Positions 9,510-19,313 of a stretch of DNA of 64,000 nucleotides are shown here, in pieces; the stretch's first letter is position 1; each line of letters begins with the position of its first letter. Under the pieces are notes generated by a model that was given only the letters and a program-made list of their open reading frames with translations, did not search any database and was not told where the DNA came from. This DNA comes from an uncultured Bacillota bacterium (GTDB lineage: Bacteria > Bacillota > Clostridia > Christensenellales > UBA1242). Location: positions 64,041 through 128,040 of the forward strand of contig CAMRTM010000002.1 in assembly GCA_947053645.1 (NCBI GenBank), written 5' to 3'. Position numbers and translations under genes: made by a program.

Positions 9510-10595
9510 ATGAACTATTTTGAAAGGATGAAAGATAAATACGAGAGTTTAAGGAACAAAAAAGATGTCCTTATTCTTTCTGTGGAGTCATCATGTGACG
9601 AAACAAGCATAGCCGTGGTTAAGAATGGGCGAGAGGTGCTTTCAAACATTATTGCCACTCAGATTGAAATTCATAGGCGTTTTGGCGGGGTGGTGCCAGA
9701 GGTGGCGTCGAGAAACCACATTACTGCAATATCTAACATCTTTGATGAGGCATTAAAGGCGGCGAATATCACAAAAAATGATATTGACGCAGTGGCAGTT
9801 ACCTATGGTGCGGGGCTTGTTGGGGCACTTCTTGTAGGCGTAAACTTTGCAAAGAGTCTTGCATATGCATTAGACATTCCACTCATTGCAGTAAGCCATG
9901 TGCATGGGCATATTGCAGCAAACTATATTTCACATGAAAACCTTACTCCTCCTTTTGTTTGTCTTATGGTAAGCGGTGGGCATACCGCCTTGCTTGAGAT
10001 AAAGGATTATAATGAATATAAACTCCTTGGCACCACCGTGGATGATGCGGTTGGCGAGGCCTTTGACAAGGTGGCAAGGGTGCTTGGGCTACCTTACCCT
10101 GGTGGGCCAGAGATAGACAAACTGGCAAAAAGCGGAGAGAATAAGTATAAATTTGTGGTATCAAACAGTATGAAAGGTACATTTAATTTCTCTTTTAGTG
10201 GAATTAAAACGGCAGTGGTAAACTTTGTGCATAATAAAACCCAAAAGGGAGAAGAAATTAATAAGGCGGATGTTGCACGCTCTTTTGAAGAGTATGTAAC
10301 GGATGAACTTACTACAAAGGCGGTAAATGCTTGCAAATTTGTAGGTAAAAAGAAACTTGTTGTTGCTGGTGGGGTGGGTGCAAACTCCTTCCTAAAAGAA
10401 AAACTAACAATTACATGCAAGGCGGTGGGCATTGAGTTTTATTCCCCAGTACTTCGCTACTGCACTGATAACGCAGCCATGATAGGTTCGGCGGCTTACT
10501 ATATGTTAAAAGCGGGGCTTGGGCTTAGCGATTTGACTTTAACTGGCAAACCTAATGTGGATTTAGGAGTGATTTATGAAACAAAAAATAATTGA
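9510..10595 (+). CDS. tsaD: tRNA N6-adenosine threonylcarbamoyltransferase TsaD
   Basis: ILSVESSCDETSIAVV N-terminus, HxxGH-type HVHGHIAAN and GGVGANS motifs. 361 aa. Confidence 0.95.
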   Translation: MNYFERMKDKYESLRNKKDVLILSVESSCDETSIAVVKNGREVLSNIIATQIEIHRRFGGVVPEVASRNHITAISNIFDEALKAANITKNDIDAVAVTYGAGLVGALLVGVNFAKSLAYALDIPLIAVSHVHGHIAANYISHENLTPPFVCLMVSGGHTALLEIKDYNEYKLLGTTVDDAVGEAFDKVARVLGLPYPGGPEIDKLAKSGENKYKFVVSNSMKGTFNFSFSGIKTAVVNFVHNKTQKGEEINKADVARSFEEYVTDELTTKAVNACKFVGKKKLVVAGGVGANSFLKEKLTITCKAVGIEFYSPVLRYCTDNAAMIGSAAYYMLKAGLGLSDLTLTGKPNVDLGVIYETKNN

Positions 10596-11322
10596 TTTTT
10601 TTAAGAGTTTTACGCTTTTCGAGATGCTATTTTTGCCGATAGCATTGATTGCTGTACTTGTGGTATCAATAGTATTTAAATGCGATGCACTTTCGATTGT
10701 ATATTCAGTTGTGGGCATTTTGGCAACATTCTTTTTGGCAAAAGGTGTGTTTTTTGCACCACTTTGTTTGATTGCAATGTACGCTCTTTATGTTGCACAA
10801 TCTTATCTACAAAATTTGTATGGCGAGGTAATTTTATATCTTTTCCTTTTGATTCCACTTCAGATATATACCTTTGTAAATTGGGTGGTAAAACAAAAAC
10901 AGGGTAGGAATTCGACTACAGCCATAATGCGAGATTTACATTGGAAGGAATGGGTGTGTGTAATAGTGGGATATATTGCTATTGGCGTTGCAAGTTACTT
11001 TGCTTTGGGCGCACTTGACACAAACTATCTTCTTTTAAGTGCCATTTGCTTTGCTGGAGCATGTCTTGCAAACTATCTTACTATGAGAGGGAATATTTTC
11101 CAATTTGTGGTTTATCTTGTAAATGATATTGTTCTTATTGTTATGTGGCTAATGCCAATCATTGAAGGACTGCCTATTGGGACAAACTTTGTACCTATGG
11201 CTGTTGCATTTGCAGCGTATATTGCAAACAATATATATGGGCTTGTGAACTGGTATAAAATAATTAAGAAAAAGAAGGCGCAACAAGTGCTTTTAGAAAA
11301 TAATGAAGAAGAGGTAAAATAA
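10576..11322 (+). CDS. pnuC: nicotinamide riboside transporter PnuC family
   Basis: 248-aa polytopic membrane protein with two PnuC-like W-containing repeats (...IYTFVNWVVKQ... and ...IYGLVNWYKI...). Overlaps the tsaD end by 20 nt. Confidence 0.65.
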   Translation: MKQKIIDFFKSFTLFEMLFLPIALIAVLVVSIVFKCDALSIVYSVVGILATFFLAKGVFFAPLCLIAMYALYVAQSYLQNLYGEVILYLFLLIPLQIYTFVNWVVKQKQGRNSTTAIMRDLHWKEWVCVIVGYIAIGVASYFALGALDTNYLLLSAICFAGACLANYLTMRGNIFQFVVYLVNDIVLIVMWLMPIIEGLPIGTNFVPMAVAFAAYIANNIYGLVNWYKIIKKKKAQQVLLENNEEEVK

Positions 11323-12513
11323 ATGGAACTACTAGCACCGGCGGGTAATTTTGAAAAACTGATAACGGCTGTTCACTTTGGTGCAGATGCCGTGTATTTT
11401 AGTGGCAAGCGATTTGGCTTGCGTGCTTTTGCTGGAAATTTTGATGATGAAGAAATTGTTAAAGCGATGCAATATTTGCACGAGCGAGGCAAAAAGGGCT
11501 ATATAACATTAAATATCGTTGCAAATGACGAGGACTTTGTGGGGCTTAATGAGTATCTTGAACTTCTTGTAAGGGCGAAGGTTGACGGCGTGATAGTCAG
11601 CGACCTTGGGGTTGTTAAATTTATTCGTGACCATGCACCTAGCCTTAATGTGCATGTGTCCACACAAGCAAATGTCAATAATTATTATTCAGCAAAGGTT
11701 TTTGCTGATATGGGGGCAACACGCATAGTACTTGCAAGGGAACTTAGCCTAAAACAAATCAAAGCCTTGCATGAAAAACTTGGCGGCAAGGTGGAACTTG
11801 AAGCCTTTGTGCATGGGGCGATGTGTATTTCTTATTCTGGGCGATGTCTGCTTTCCAACTACTTGACTGGAAGGGAAAGTAATCATGGTGCCTGCGTTCA
11901 GGCTTGTCGCTGGAAATATTATATCCGTGAAGAAAGCCGAGATGACGAGTATGAAATGCAAGAGGACAGTCGTGGCACTTACATATTAAATTCCAAAGAC
12001 ATGAATATGATATCGCACCTTAAAGAAATGGAAGAAGCAGGAGTTGTCAGCCTAAAAATTGAAGGAAGAATGAAGTCTGCTTACTATGTTGCCACTGTTG
12101 TAAATGCCTATCGTATGGCACTTGATGCGAAAAATTATGAGGTAAGCGAAGAACTTGTCGCAGAACTCGAAAAGGCAAGCCATAGACGCTACTCCACAGG
12201 TTTCTATCTTGATGGAAAAGATAAGGAATTCTTAGAGGACTCTATGCCGGTGCAGACACATGAGTTTGTTGCAACCGTGGTGGGTAAAGATGGTGACGGC
12301 GTGGTGCTAGAAATGCGTAACCGCTTTGTTGAAGGGGAGGAACTTGAAATCCTATCTCCAAACAAAACTATATTTAATAAGAAAATTACAATGAAAAACA
12401 TGACAGATGACAAAGGTCAGCCCATCACTGATGTAAAAGGCGTACAGCAGCGCGTACATTTCAAGACAGACCTGCCACTTGAAGTGGGCGATATACTTAG
12501 AAGAGCGATTTAA
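11323..12513 (+). CDS. peptidase U32 family protein
   Basis: MELLAPAGNFEKLITAVHFGADAVYFSGKRFGLRA is a typical U32 N-terminus. 396 aa. Confidence 0.9.
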   Translation: MELLAPAGNFEKLITAVHFGADAVYFSGKRFGLRAFAGNFDDEEIVKAMQYLHERGKKGYITLNIVANDEDFVGLNEYLELLVRAKVDGVIVSDLGVVKFIRDHAPSLNVHVSTQANVNNYYSAKVFADMGATRIVLARELSLKQIKALHEKLGGKVELEAFVHGAMCISYSGRCLLSNYLTGRESNHGACVQACRWKYYIREESRDDEYEMQEDSRGTYILNSKDMNMISHLKEMEEAGVVSLKIEGRMKSAYYVATVVNAYRMALDAKNYEVSEELVAELEKASHRRYSTGFYLDGKDKEFLEDSMPVQTHEFVATVVGKDGDGVVLEMRNRFVEGEELEILSPNKTIFNKKITMKNMTDDKGQPITDVKGVQQRVHFKTDLPLEVGDILRRAI

Positions 12514-12744
12514 TCGCTCTTTTTTGTTAAAACACTAGCACAGCACAGGGTTAATTTGATATCTTTGTGCTATTTTATTGTTATCAGTCATCCAATGGCT
12601 GAAATGCAATGGAATTTTAAAAAATCGGGTCGCTGCGTGGTACTTGATATGGTTGCAAATATGTTATGCTGGTTTTTATATAAATTTGTGAACGCATTCA
12701 CTACATTTGAATGATAGATGTGATATTTTAAAATAAGGATTGGT

Positions 12745-12990
12745 ATGAATTTGGTAGAAGTGGTGTCAAAAAAACTAGGAAGTTTAATGAGCAAGCGAGG
12801 CTGGAACATATATAAACTCTCTCGGCTTTCTGGTTTGACACCGAATTGTATACAGGTAATTTTGCATAGGGATTATAGAGATATTAAATTATCGACTGTG
12901 ATAATCTTAGCACATTGTTTTGATTTAACTGCGGCGGAGTTTTTAGAGGAAAAGGAGTTCTTATATGAAAATTTGGATTTGTTTAAATAA
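12745..12990 (+). CDS. small helix-turn-helix protein (XRE-like), copy 1
   Basis: 81 aa. About 80% amino-acid identity to the ORF at 41434-41679 (...KGW.IYKLSRLSGLTPNCIQVILH.DY.DIKLST.IILAHCFD.TAAEFL...). Confidence 0.7.
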   Translation: MNLVEVVSKKLGSLMSKRGWNIYKLSRLSGLTPNCIQVILHRDYRDIKLSTVIILAHCFDLTAAEFLEEKEFLYENLDLFK

Positions 12991-13045
12991 AAATAGATTT
13001 CTCCGCTCCACTTCGTTTCGGTCGAAATGACAAGGTGAAATTTGG
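12991..13045 (-). repeat. dispersed intergenic repeat, copy A
   Basis: Minus-strand reading: cttGTCATTTCGACCGaaacgaagtggaGCGGAGAAATCTAttt. Starts immediately after the HTH stop codon. Confidence 0.8.
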
Positions 13046-13093
13046 CAATCCACAAAATATTTCAAAAAAAATTAAAATAGTTGGCAAAAATAG

Positions 13094-13122
13094 TTGACTA
13101 TTTTTTTGTAATTGCATATACT
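13094..13122 (+). promoter_or_regulatory. sigmaA-type promoter of the hrcA-grpE-dnaK operon
   Basis: TTGACT, 17-nt spacer, TATACT. Confidence 0.75.
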
Positions 13123-13126
13123 ATTG

Positions 13127-13153
13127 CTAGCACTTGAAGTTAAAGAGTGCTAA
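13127..13153 (+). promoter_or_regulatory. CIRCE operator (HrcA binding site)
   Basis: CTAGCACTT-gaagttaaa-GAGTGCTAA against the consensus TTAGCACTC-N9-GAGTGCTAA. Lies 5 nt downstream of the -10 box. Confidence 0.9.
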
Positions 13154-13160
13154 AAAGTCG

Positions 13161-13212
13161 AAAAAATAGATTCACTCCGCGTTGGTCGGAATGACAAAGG
13201 AAGGGTGAAAAT
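13161..13212 (-). repeat. dispersed intergenic repeat, degenerate copy B, inside the hrcA leader
   Basis: Minus-strand reading: ctttGTCATTCCGACCaacGCGGAGTGAATCTAtttttt. The copy A and B flanks also match (gacaaggtgaaat versus gacaaaggaagggtgaaaat). In copy B this flank forms the hrcA Shine-Dalgarno sequence. Confidence 0.65.
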
Positions 13213-14217
13213 ATGGTTATTACCGAGCGTAAAAAGCAAATTCTATGTATGGCTGTTGAGGAATATATCAAAGACTGTGCGCCAATTACAAGTGGCGGAA
13301 TCAAAGATAAAGGACTTGACTGCTCGACTGCGACACTGCGAAATGAACTGAATGCACTAGAGGCTATGGGCTTTTTGAAACAATTGCACACCTCAGGCGG
13401 AAGAGTGCCAACAGTGCAGGGCTATCGCTATTATGTAGAAAACCTTTTAAGCAGCGTTAAAGCCACTGATAAGGAACTGGAAAGCGTGAGGGAACTTATA
13501 TCTTCAAGAACGACAAGTCTGAATGAAATCATTTCTGGAATAGCCAAAATAGTAAGTCACGCGACCAACTATCCAACCGTGGTTATGATGGACGGAATGG
13601 AAAACCTTATATTAAATGAATTTAAGATAATTCCACTTCTTGAAAACAAACTTATGGTGCTAATCGGTACAATGGCGGGTTATATAACCAATACTCTTGA
13701 CCTTGCTGCTACCGCGCAGGAGTGTGAAGACGCTTCAAACTATCTAACCAAAAACTTTAAGGGGGCAACGATAGGATATATGCTTGACAATATGGCATAC
13801 CTTCAAGAGGGTATGAGTAGCGAAATTGAAGCCTTCCAAAGCATTGTTAATTCCCTAATCGGCGGACTTAAAAAACTTAACAGCCAAAAACTTTTGGGAG
13901 TGTCCAGAGAGGGCAGTGTAAAACTGCTTGAGAACGGAAAGACGGTGGAGGAAGCCAAGAAAATACTTTCTATGCTTGACGACAAGGAAAAACTTGAAAA
14001 ATCCCTTGAACTTAGCGGTAACGGCGAAATTGAAGTTACAGTGGCGGAAGAGGGCGAAGGCAAAGATTGCTCTGTTGTGAAAGCACCAATTTTAGTCCAA
14101 GGGCGACAACTTGCATCAATCGGTGTGATTGGACCTCAGCGAATGGATTATTCGGGAATAGCGTCAGCACTTAAAGTGGTAATAGATGAATTAAGAGAAA
14201 TGAAAGGAGATGAATAA
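13213..14217 (+). CDS. hrcA: heat-inducible transcription repressor HrcA
   Basis: 334 aa. N-terminal winged-helix region ...ERKKQILCMAVEEYIKDCAPITSGGI... Precedes grpE-dnaK and has CIRCE upstream. Confidence 0.95.
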   Translation: MVITERKKQILCMAVEEYIKDCAPITSGGIKDKGLDCSTATLRNELNALEAMGFLKQLHTSGGRVPTVQGYRYYVENLLSSVKATDKELESVRELISSRTTSLNEIISGIAKIVSHATNYPTVVMMDGMENLILNEFKIIPLLENKLMVLIGTMAGYITNTLDLAATAQECEDASNYLTKNFKGATIGYMLDNMAYLQEGMSSEIEAFQSIVNSLIGGLKKLNSQKLLGVSREGSVKLLENGKTVEEAKKILSMLDDKEKLEKSLELSGNGEIEVTVAEEGEGKDCSVVKAPILVQGRQLASIGVIGPQRMDYSGIASALKVVIDELREMKGDE

Positions 14218-14838
14218 GTGTCAAAGAAAGATTTAGAAAATAAGTGTCATTGTAGCGAAGGTTGCACATGTGGAGAAAACTGCGAGTGCGACAGCGAGCA
14301 TAAATGTAACGAAAATTGCACATGTGGCGAGAGCTGTGAATGTGGAAATGAGTGTCACTGCGGAGAAAATTGCCAGTGCGATGAGGAGTGTCACTGCGAG
14401 CATTGTGAGTGCGGGGAAGAAAAAGACAATTATCTCATCATAGCACAAAGGGTGCAGGCGGATTTCGATAATTTCCGACGCCGGTCACGCGAAGAGATAG
14501 AGCGGGCGAGAGTAAGCGGTCAGGTTTCGGTAATTGAAGCATTTTTGCCCTGCCTTGACACCTTCAAAGAGGCAAAAAAGATAATTACAGACGAAGGTGT
14601 TCTTCAAGGTGTAGAAATGATAGAAAACAAAATTCTTTCCGCACTTAACGACCTTGGAGTGGAAAAGATAGAATCAATAGGGCAGGAGTATAGCCCACAT
14701 CTTCATAACGCTATCGCAGTTGTGAAAGATGAAAGCAAAGACAATGATATCATCTTGGAGGAATTCCAAGCAGGATATAAATACAAAGACAAAGTAATAA
14801 GATATGCGAAAGTCATAGTCAACAAAAAGGAGGATTAA
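14218..14838 (+). CDS. grpE: nucleotide exchange factor GrpE with a Cys-rich (CxC)n N-terminal extension
   Basis: GTG start directly after the hrcA TAA, with AAAGGAG upstream. GrpE core ([18 protein letters not shown] ... [12 protein letters not shown]) is present. Residues about 10-68 contain 20 Cys in CxC-x3 spacing. There is no internal start codon before the core. Confidence 0.9.
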   Translation: MSKKDLENKCHCSEGCTCGENCECDSEHKCNENCTCGESCECGNECHCGENCQCDEECHCEHCECGEEKDNYLIIAQRVQADFDNFRRRSREEIERARVSGQVSVIEAFLPCLDTFKEAKKIITDEGVLQGVEMIENKILSALNDLGVEKIESIGQEYSPHLHNAIAVVKDESKDNDIILEEFQAGYKYKDKVIRYAKVIVNKKED

Positions 14839-14842
14839 AATT

Positions 14843-16666
14843 ATGAGTAAAATTATTGGTATTGACTTAGGAACAACAAATTCATGTGTCGCAGTTATGG
14901 AAGGCGGAAAGCCAACCGTTATTGCAAATGCAGAGGGAGATAGAACAACTCCATCTGTTGTCGCTTACACAAAGGAAGGCGAAAGACTTGTAGGTAAGGT
15001 TGCTAAAAGACAGGCAATCGTAAATGCTGACAACACCATTCAATCTATCAAAAGAGAAATGGGTACAAACTACAAAGCAAAACTTAATGGCAAAGAGTAT
15101 TCTCCACAAGAGATTTCTGCTATGGTGCTTGGAAAACTTAAAGCGGATGCGGAAAGTTATCTTGGTGGCAGTGTAACACAAGCGGTTATCACAGTGCCTG
15201 CATATTTTAACGACTCTCAGCGTCAAGCAACCAAGGACGCAGGTAAGATTGCAGGGCTTGAAGTGCTTAGAATTATCAATGAGCCTACTGCTGCTGCACT
15301 TGCTTACGGTCTTGACAAGGGTGAAAACTCAAATCAAAAGATTTTGGTTTACGACCTTGGTGGCGGTACCTTCGATGTATCTATTCTTGAAATCGGTGAT
15401 GGCGTTTTTGAAGTGCTTTCAACCAACGGCAATACTCGTCTTGGCGGAGATGATTTCGATAACAGAATTATTGACCTTCTTGTAGAAGAATTTAAGAAAA
15501 CAAACAACATTGACCTTTCTAGCGACAGACTTGCAATGCAAAGGCTTAAAGAAGCAGCAGAGAAAGCGAAGATTGACCTTTCTGCTACTCCAAAAACTAC
15601 AATATCTCTTCCATTCATTTCAGCGGACGCAACCGGCCCTAAACATATGGAATATGAACTTACTCGTGCTAAATTTGATGCTATCACAGAGGACCTTGTA
15701 AAGGAAACTATTGACTGCACAGTACGCGCACTTAAAGACGCTGGACTTAACAAGGGACAGATTGACAAGGTTGTTCTTGTAGGTGGCTCTACTCGTATTC
15801 CAGCAGTGTTTGATGCTGTTAAAAACTTTACTGGCAAAGACCCATACAAAGGTGTAAACCCAGACGAATGTGTTGCCGTAGGTGCTGCCATTCAAGCCGG
15901 CGTTCTTGGCGGAGAGGTAAAGGATGTTCTTCTTCTTGATGTAACTCCACTTTCACTTGGTATTGAAACTTTAGGCGGAGTGTTTACAAAACTTATTGAA
16001 AGAAACACTACTATTCCTACTAAGAAATCACAAGTGTTCTCGACCGCAGTTGATAATCAACCAGGTGTTGACATCCATGTCCTTCAAGGGGAGCGTGAAT
16101 TTGCTGCACAAAACAAAACTCTTGGCAGATTCCAACTCACAGACATTCCACCAGCACCAAGAGGGGTACCACAAATCGAGGTTACCTTTGATATTGATGC
16201 AAATGGTATTGTAAATGTATCAGCAAAAGACCTTGGAACAAACAAGGAACAAAAAATCACAATCACTGCATCTTCAAACCTTAAAGATGAAGATATTGAA
16301 AAGGCTATCAAAGAGGCAGAAGAGCATGCTGAGGAAGATAAGAAGCGTAAAGAGTTTGTAGAAACCAAAAACCAAGCAGACAACATGGTTTATTCGATAG
16401 AAAAAATGCTTAAAGATAACGGCGATAAACTTGCCGCTGACGACAAGAAGAAACTTGAAGACGCCGTAGAAAAAGCAAAGAAAGACTTTGAAAGCACCGA
16501 TGTTGAAGTTATTAAGAAGGCACTAGAAGAGCTTACAAATGTTTCTAATGAAGTGTTTACAAAGATGTATCAAGCTGCTGGAGCAGGTGCAAACGGTGGT
16601 GCTAGTGGAAACAATGGTGGCACTGACGGCGACCCAGAAGTTGTGGTTGATGATGACAAGAAATAA
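14843..16666 (+). CDS. dnaK: molecular chaperone DnaK
   Basis: [23 protein letters not shown] and [10 protein letters not shown] motifs. 607 aa. Confidence 0.98.
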   Translation: MSKIIGIDLGTTNSCVAVMEGGKPTVIANAEGDRTTPSVVAYTKEGERLVGKVAKRQAIVNADNTIQSIKREMGTNYKAKLNGKEYSPQEISAMVLGKLKADAESYLGGSVTQAVITVPAYFNDSQRQATKDAGKIAGLEVLRIINEPTAAALAYGLDKGENSNQKILVYDLGGGTFDVSILEIGDGVFEVLSTNGNTRLGGDDFDNRIIDLLVEEFKKTNNIDLSSDRLAMQRLKEAAEKAKIDLSATPKTTISLPFISADATGPKHMEYELTRAKFDAITEDLVKETIDCTVRALKDAGLNKGQIDKVVLVGGSTRIPAVFDAVKNFTGKDPYKGVNPDECVAVGAAIQAGVLGGEVKDVLLLDVTPLSLGIETLGGVFTKLIERNTTIPTKKSQVFSTAVDNQPGVDIHVLQGEREFAAQNKTLGRFQLTDIPPAPRGVPQIEVTFDIDANGIVNVSAKDLGTNKEQKITITASSNLKDEDIEKAIKEAEEHAEEDKKRKEFVETKNQADNMVYSIEKMLKDNGDKLAADDKKKLEDAVEKAKKDFESTDVEVIKKALEELTNVSNEVFTKMYQAAGAGANGGASGNNGGTDGDPEVVVDDDKK

Positions 16667-16673
16667 TAAGAAA

Positions 16674-17132
16674 ATGTTAATAATTGTTGATATGCAAAAG
16701 GGGTTTATCAATAATAACAATGAATTTTTAGTAAAAAATATTGAAAATTTATTGAAAAACAACTCTTTTGAAGAAATTATTGCAACAAAGTTTGTAAATC
16801 GTCCAGATAGTCAATATTGTAAGTTTTTAAACTATGAAAGACTATGCGATGAAAAATCGCAGGAATTTGCAATTGCATTGCCACAAAAAACTAAAATTAT
16901 TGAAAAGACCTCTTATGCCCTTCCTCGCAAAATAGTGGGGGGAAGCGAGGTATTCCTTTGTGGCACTGATTACGATGCTTGCGTGCTTGCAATTGCCTAT
17001 CAATTATTTGACAGCGGCATTCAACCTCATATAATATTATCTTGCGTGGGCAGTGCATCAAACAACCCACTGAGTAAAGAAGAGTTTATAAAACTTTGCA
17101 AAAGAAATTTTGGCGAAAAATCAATAGTATAA
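16674..17132 (+). CDS. isochorismatase-family cysteine hydrolase
   Basis: MLIIVDMQKGF... and ...LCGTDYDACVLA (Asp and Cys of the catalytic triad). The start is placed at ATG 16674, just after the dnaK stop. The track start at 16539 overlaps dnaK. Confidence 0.7.
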   Translation: MLIIVDMQKGFINNNNEFLVKNIENLLKNNSFEEIIATKFVNRPDSQYCKFLNYERLCDEKSQEFAIALPQKTKIIEKTSYALPRKIVGGSEVFLCGTDYDACVLAIAYQLFDSGIQPHIILSCVGSASNNPLSKEEFIKLCKRNFGEKSIV

Positions 17133-17144
17133 GGGAAAAACATC

Positions 17145-18155
17145 ATGAAAGAAATTAAAGTTATGGTGGACAAAAGAGTAGAACTTATAGGTATAATGTT
17201 ACGACTTGCTAATTATAGTGATAAGTTTCCACATCTTGTTTATAATTTGCAAAATTATCCATATTTAGAAAATGTAGTTAAATGGTTTGATGGCTTTAAA
17301 AATCATAAAGCCATTCAAACCTTAAACAAAATCATTGATGAATGTAACTTCTCATATGATGCCCCTGTAACATTGTTTTTACAGCTGGATGAAAATTATA
17401 ATTTCCATGGTGAAAATGACTATCCATTTGTAGGCCGATTAAAAAAGGCTTCCATTATATTAGAGTTTTTAAAGCAGGTTAAGGACTTTGTAAAAGTGTC
17501 AAACTTTGAAAAGTTTTTTGCAGAAAATCAAGAAAGTTACCAAAAGGAAATTCAAAGTTTTACACAATGTCAAGATTTAACAAAAGTCATACCTTTTATG
17601 GAACAGCTTTTTAAAACAGATTTTAAAGATAAAGTCTTTCAAATCAATTTAGCGTTACTATTAACTGGTGGCGGTTTTGCTGCATGGGTGGATAAAAGCG
17701 TCTTTTGTACAGATTGTAAACACAGTGATAGAGAAGGAAATGCATTAAGCAACTGGGGAAAAGATTCTCCAAGAGGGCAATCTCACTATTTACATGAATT
17801 CTGCCATTCCATGATTAACCCATTAACCGAAAAATATTGTGACGCCATAAAAGATATCAATTTTTCCCAAGAAGATAAAGAAAAACTGATACGAAGTGCT
17901 TATGGTGGAAAAAGTTGTGTTATAAACGAATATATCATTCGTGCAATTCAAGTGGTATACATTAGGGAGCAAGGAGTTAGCCCTGAGGAACTTATGGAAT
18001 GGTGGGAAGATAAAGTAGGGTTCAATAAAAATGTTGTTAACAAACTTGCAGAAAGAATAGTTGCAATAAAGAAAAATAAAGATAGTACTTTTGAAGAACA
18101 ATATGTCGAACTTGCAAACACCATTGCCGAGACATATAATCAACAAGAGGCTTAA
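17145..18155 (+). CDS. putative HExxH metalloprotein (DUF4932-like)
   Basis: 336 aa with [10 protein letters not shown] (HExxH). The overall layout recalls DUF4932 proteins, but the family assignment is from memory only. Confidence 0.5.
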   Translation: MKEIKVMVDKRVELIGIMLRLANYSDKFPHLVYNLQNYPYLENVVKWFDGFKNHKAIQTLNKIIDECNFSYDAPVTLFLQLDENYNFHGENDYPFVGRLKKASIILEFLKQVKDFVKVSNFEKFFAENQESYQKEIQSFTQCQDLTKVIPFMEQLFKTDFKDKVFQINLALLLTGGGFAAWVDKSVFCTDCKHSDREGNALSNWGKDSPRGQSHYLHEFCHSMINPLTEKYCDAIKDINFSQEDKEKLIRSAYGGKSCVINEYIIRAIQVVYIREQGVSPEELMEWWEDKVGFNKNVVNKLAERIVAIKKNKDSTFEEQYVELANTIAETYNQQEA

Positions 18156-18169
18156 TTAAAAGGTTTACT

Positions 18170-19291
18170 ATGGCAAATAAAGATTACTATTCAATTTTAG
18201 GTGTAGATAAGACGGCGGGGGAGGACGAAATTAAGTCCGCCTATCGTCGCATGGCAAAAAAATATCACCCAGACATAAACAAAACGCCAGAGGCAGAGGT
18301 TAAGTTTAAAGAAATAAACGAGGCTTACTCTGTGCTTAGCGACCCTCAGAAGAAAGCAAATTATGACCAATTCGGTTCGGCAGAAGGACCACAGTTTTCC
18401 GGTGGCCAAGGTGGCGGTTTTGGTGACTTTTTTGGCGGAGCAGGCGGTTTTGGTGACTTTTTTAGCGACATCTTTTCTGCTTTTGGTGGCGGAGCAAGAG
18501 GTGCGCGTGCTCAAATGCGTGGGCAAGATATAAACGCGTCAATGAACCTTTCATTTGAAGAGGCTTGCTTTGGCTGTGAAAAAAATATTACAGTAAACAG
18601 AGTGGAAGCTTGCAATGCTTGCTCTGGCACTGGGGCGAGAAATGGAAAGGATTATTCTACTTGTCCAGACTGTCATGGCAGTGGACGGGTACGCTTTCAG
18701 CAAAACACCATGATGGGAACTATAGTGCGTGAGGGCGAATGTCCTAAGTGTGGTGGAAGCGGAAAGATTATTCGTGAAAAATGTAGCGTATGTAATGGTA
18801 AAGGTTATCAAAGAGTTAATAAGGCAATTAAAGTTAAAGTGCCAGCAGGTATTGATGATGACCAAACACTTCGTATGCGTGGCGAGGGTAATGCACCAAT
18901 GGGCGAAGGCACAAATGGCGACTTAAATATAAGAATTAAGGTGGATAAACATAAGATTCTTGTAAGAAAGGGAAGCGACATTTGCCTTGACCTATACCTG
19001 CCTTTTACAACAACCTTGCTTGGTGGAAAGGTGGAAATACCAACCCTAGATGGGGATTATACCTTGACGATACCAGAACTTACTGCAAGCGGCACGGTGA
19101 TGAGAATAAAGAACAAGGGTGTGAAGGTAGTTAATCGTGAGTCGCGAGGAGATATGCTTGTGACAGTGAAAGCGGAAGTGCCAAAAAGCCTTGACAGGGA
19201 TACCAAGAAAAAACTTGAAGAACTTGCTTCCTCATTAGGCACAAATTCATATGCAAAATATTCACAATTTTTAAAGAATAAGAAAAAATAA
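18170..19291 (+). CDS. dnaJ: molecular chaperone DnaJ
   Basis: J domain with HPD (KKYHPDINK), a G/F-rich linker and four CxxCxGxG zinc-finger repeats. Confidence 0.97.
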   Translation: MANKDYYSILGVDKTAGEDEIKSAYRRMAKKYHPDINKTPEAEVKFKEINEAYSVLSDPQKKANYDQFGSAEGPQFSGGQGGGFGDFFGGAGGFGDFFSDIFSAFGGGARGARAQMRGQDINASMNLSFEEACFGCEKNITVNRVEACNACSGTGARNGKDYSTCPDCHGSGRVRFQQNTMMGTIVREGECPKCGGSGKIIREKCSVCNGKGYQRVNKAIKVKVPAGIDDDQTLRMRGEGNAPMGEGTNGDLNIRIKVDKHKILVRKGSDICLDLYLPFTTTLLGGKVEIPTLDGDYTLTIPELTASGTVMRIKNKGVKVVNRESRGDMLVTVKAEVPKSLDRDTKKKLEELASSLGTNSYAKYSQFLKNKKK

Positions 19292-19313
19292 CGGCAATTT
19301 GCCGTTATTTTTT
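19286..19313. terminator. dnaJ terminator (bidirectional)
   Basis: aaataacggcaa-t-ttgccgttatttttt. Overlaps the stop of the convergent ORF 19305-19739. Confidence 0.75.

Noticed and set aside
14233-14448. 71-aa minus-strand ORF opposite the Cys-rich grpE segment
   Set aside because: It is a by-product of the repetitive TG(T/C)/GA(A/G) codon pattern, and the plus-strand frame is continuous with the GrpE core.
15349-15891. 180-aa minus-strand ORF (plus 15620-15895) inside dnaK
   Set aside because: Antisense shadow ORF of a highly conserved gene. It has a Ser/Pro/Arg-rich low-complexity translation and no Shine-Dalgarno. Long antisense ORFs in dnaK are a known artefact.
16539-16673. N-terminal extension of the isochorismatase-like ORF into dnaK
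   Set aside because: The extension overlaps the dnaK 3' end in another frame. The family N-terminus (MLIIVDMQKGF) begins at ATG 16674, right after the dnaK stop.
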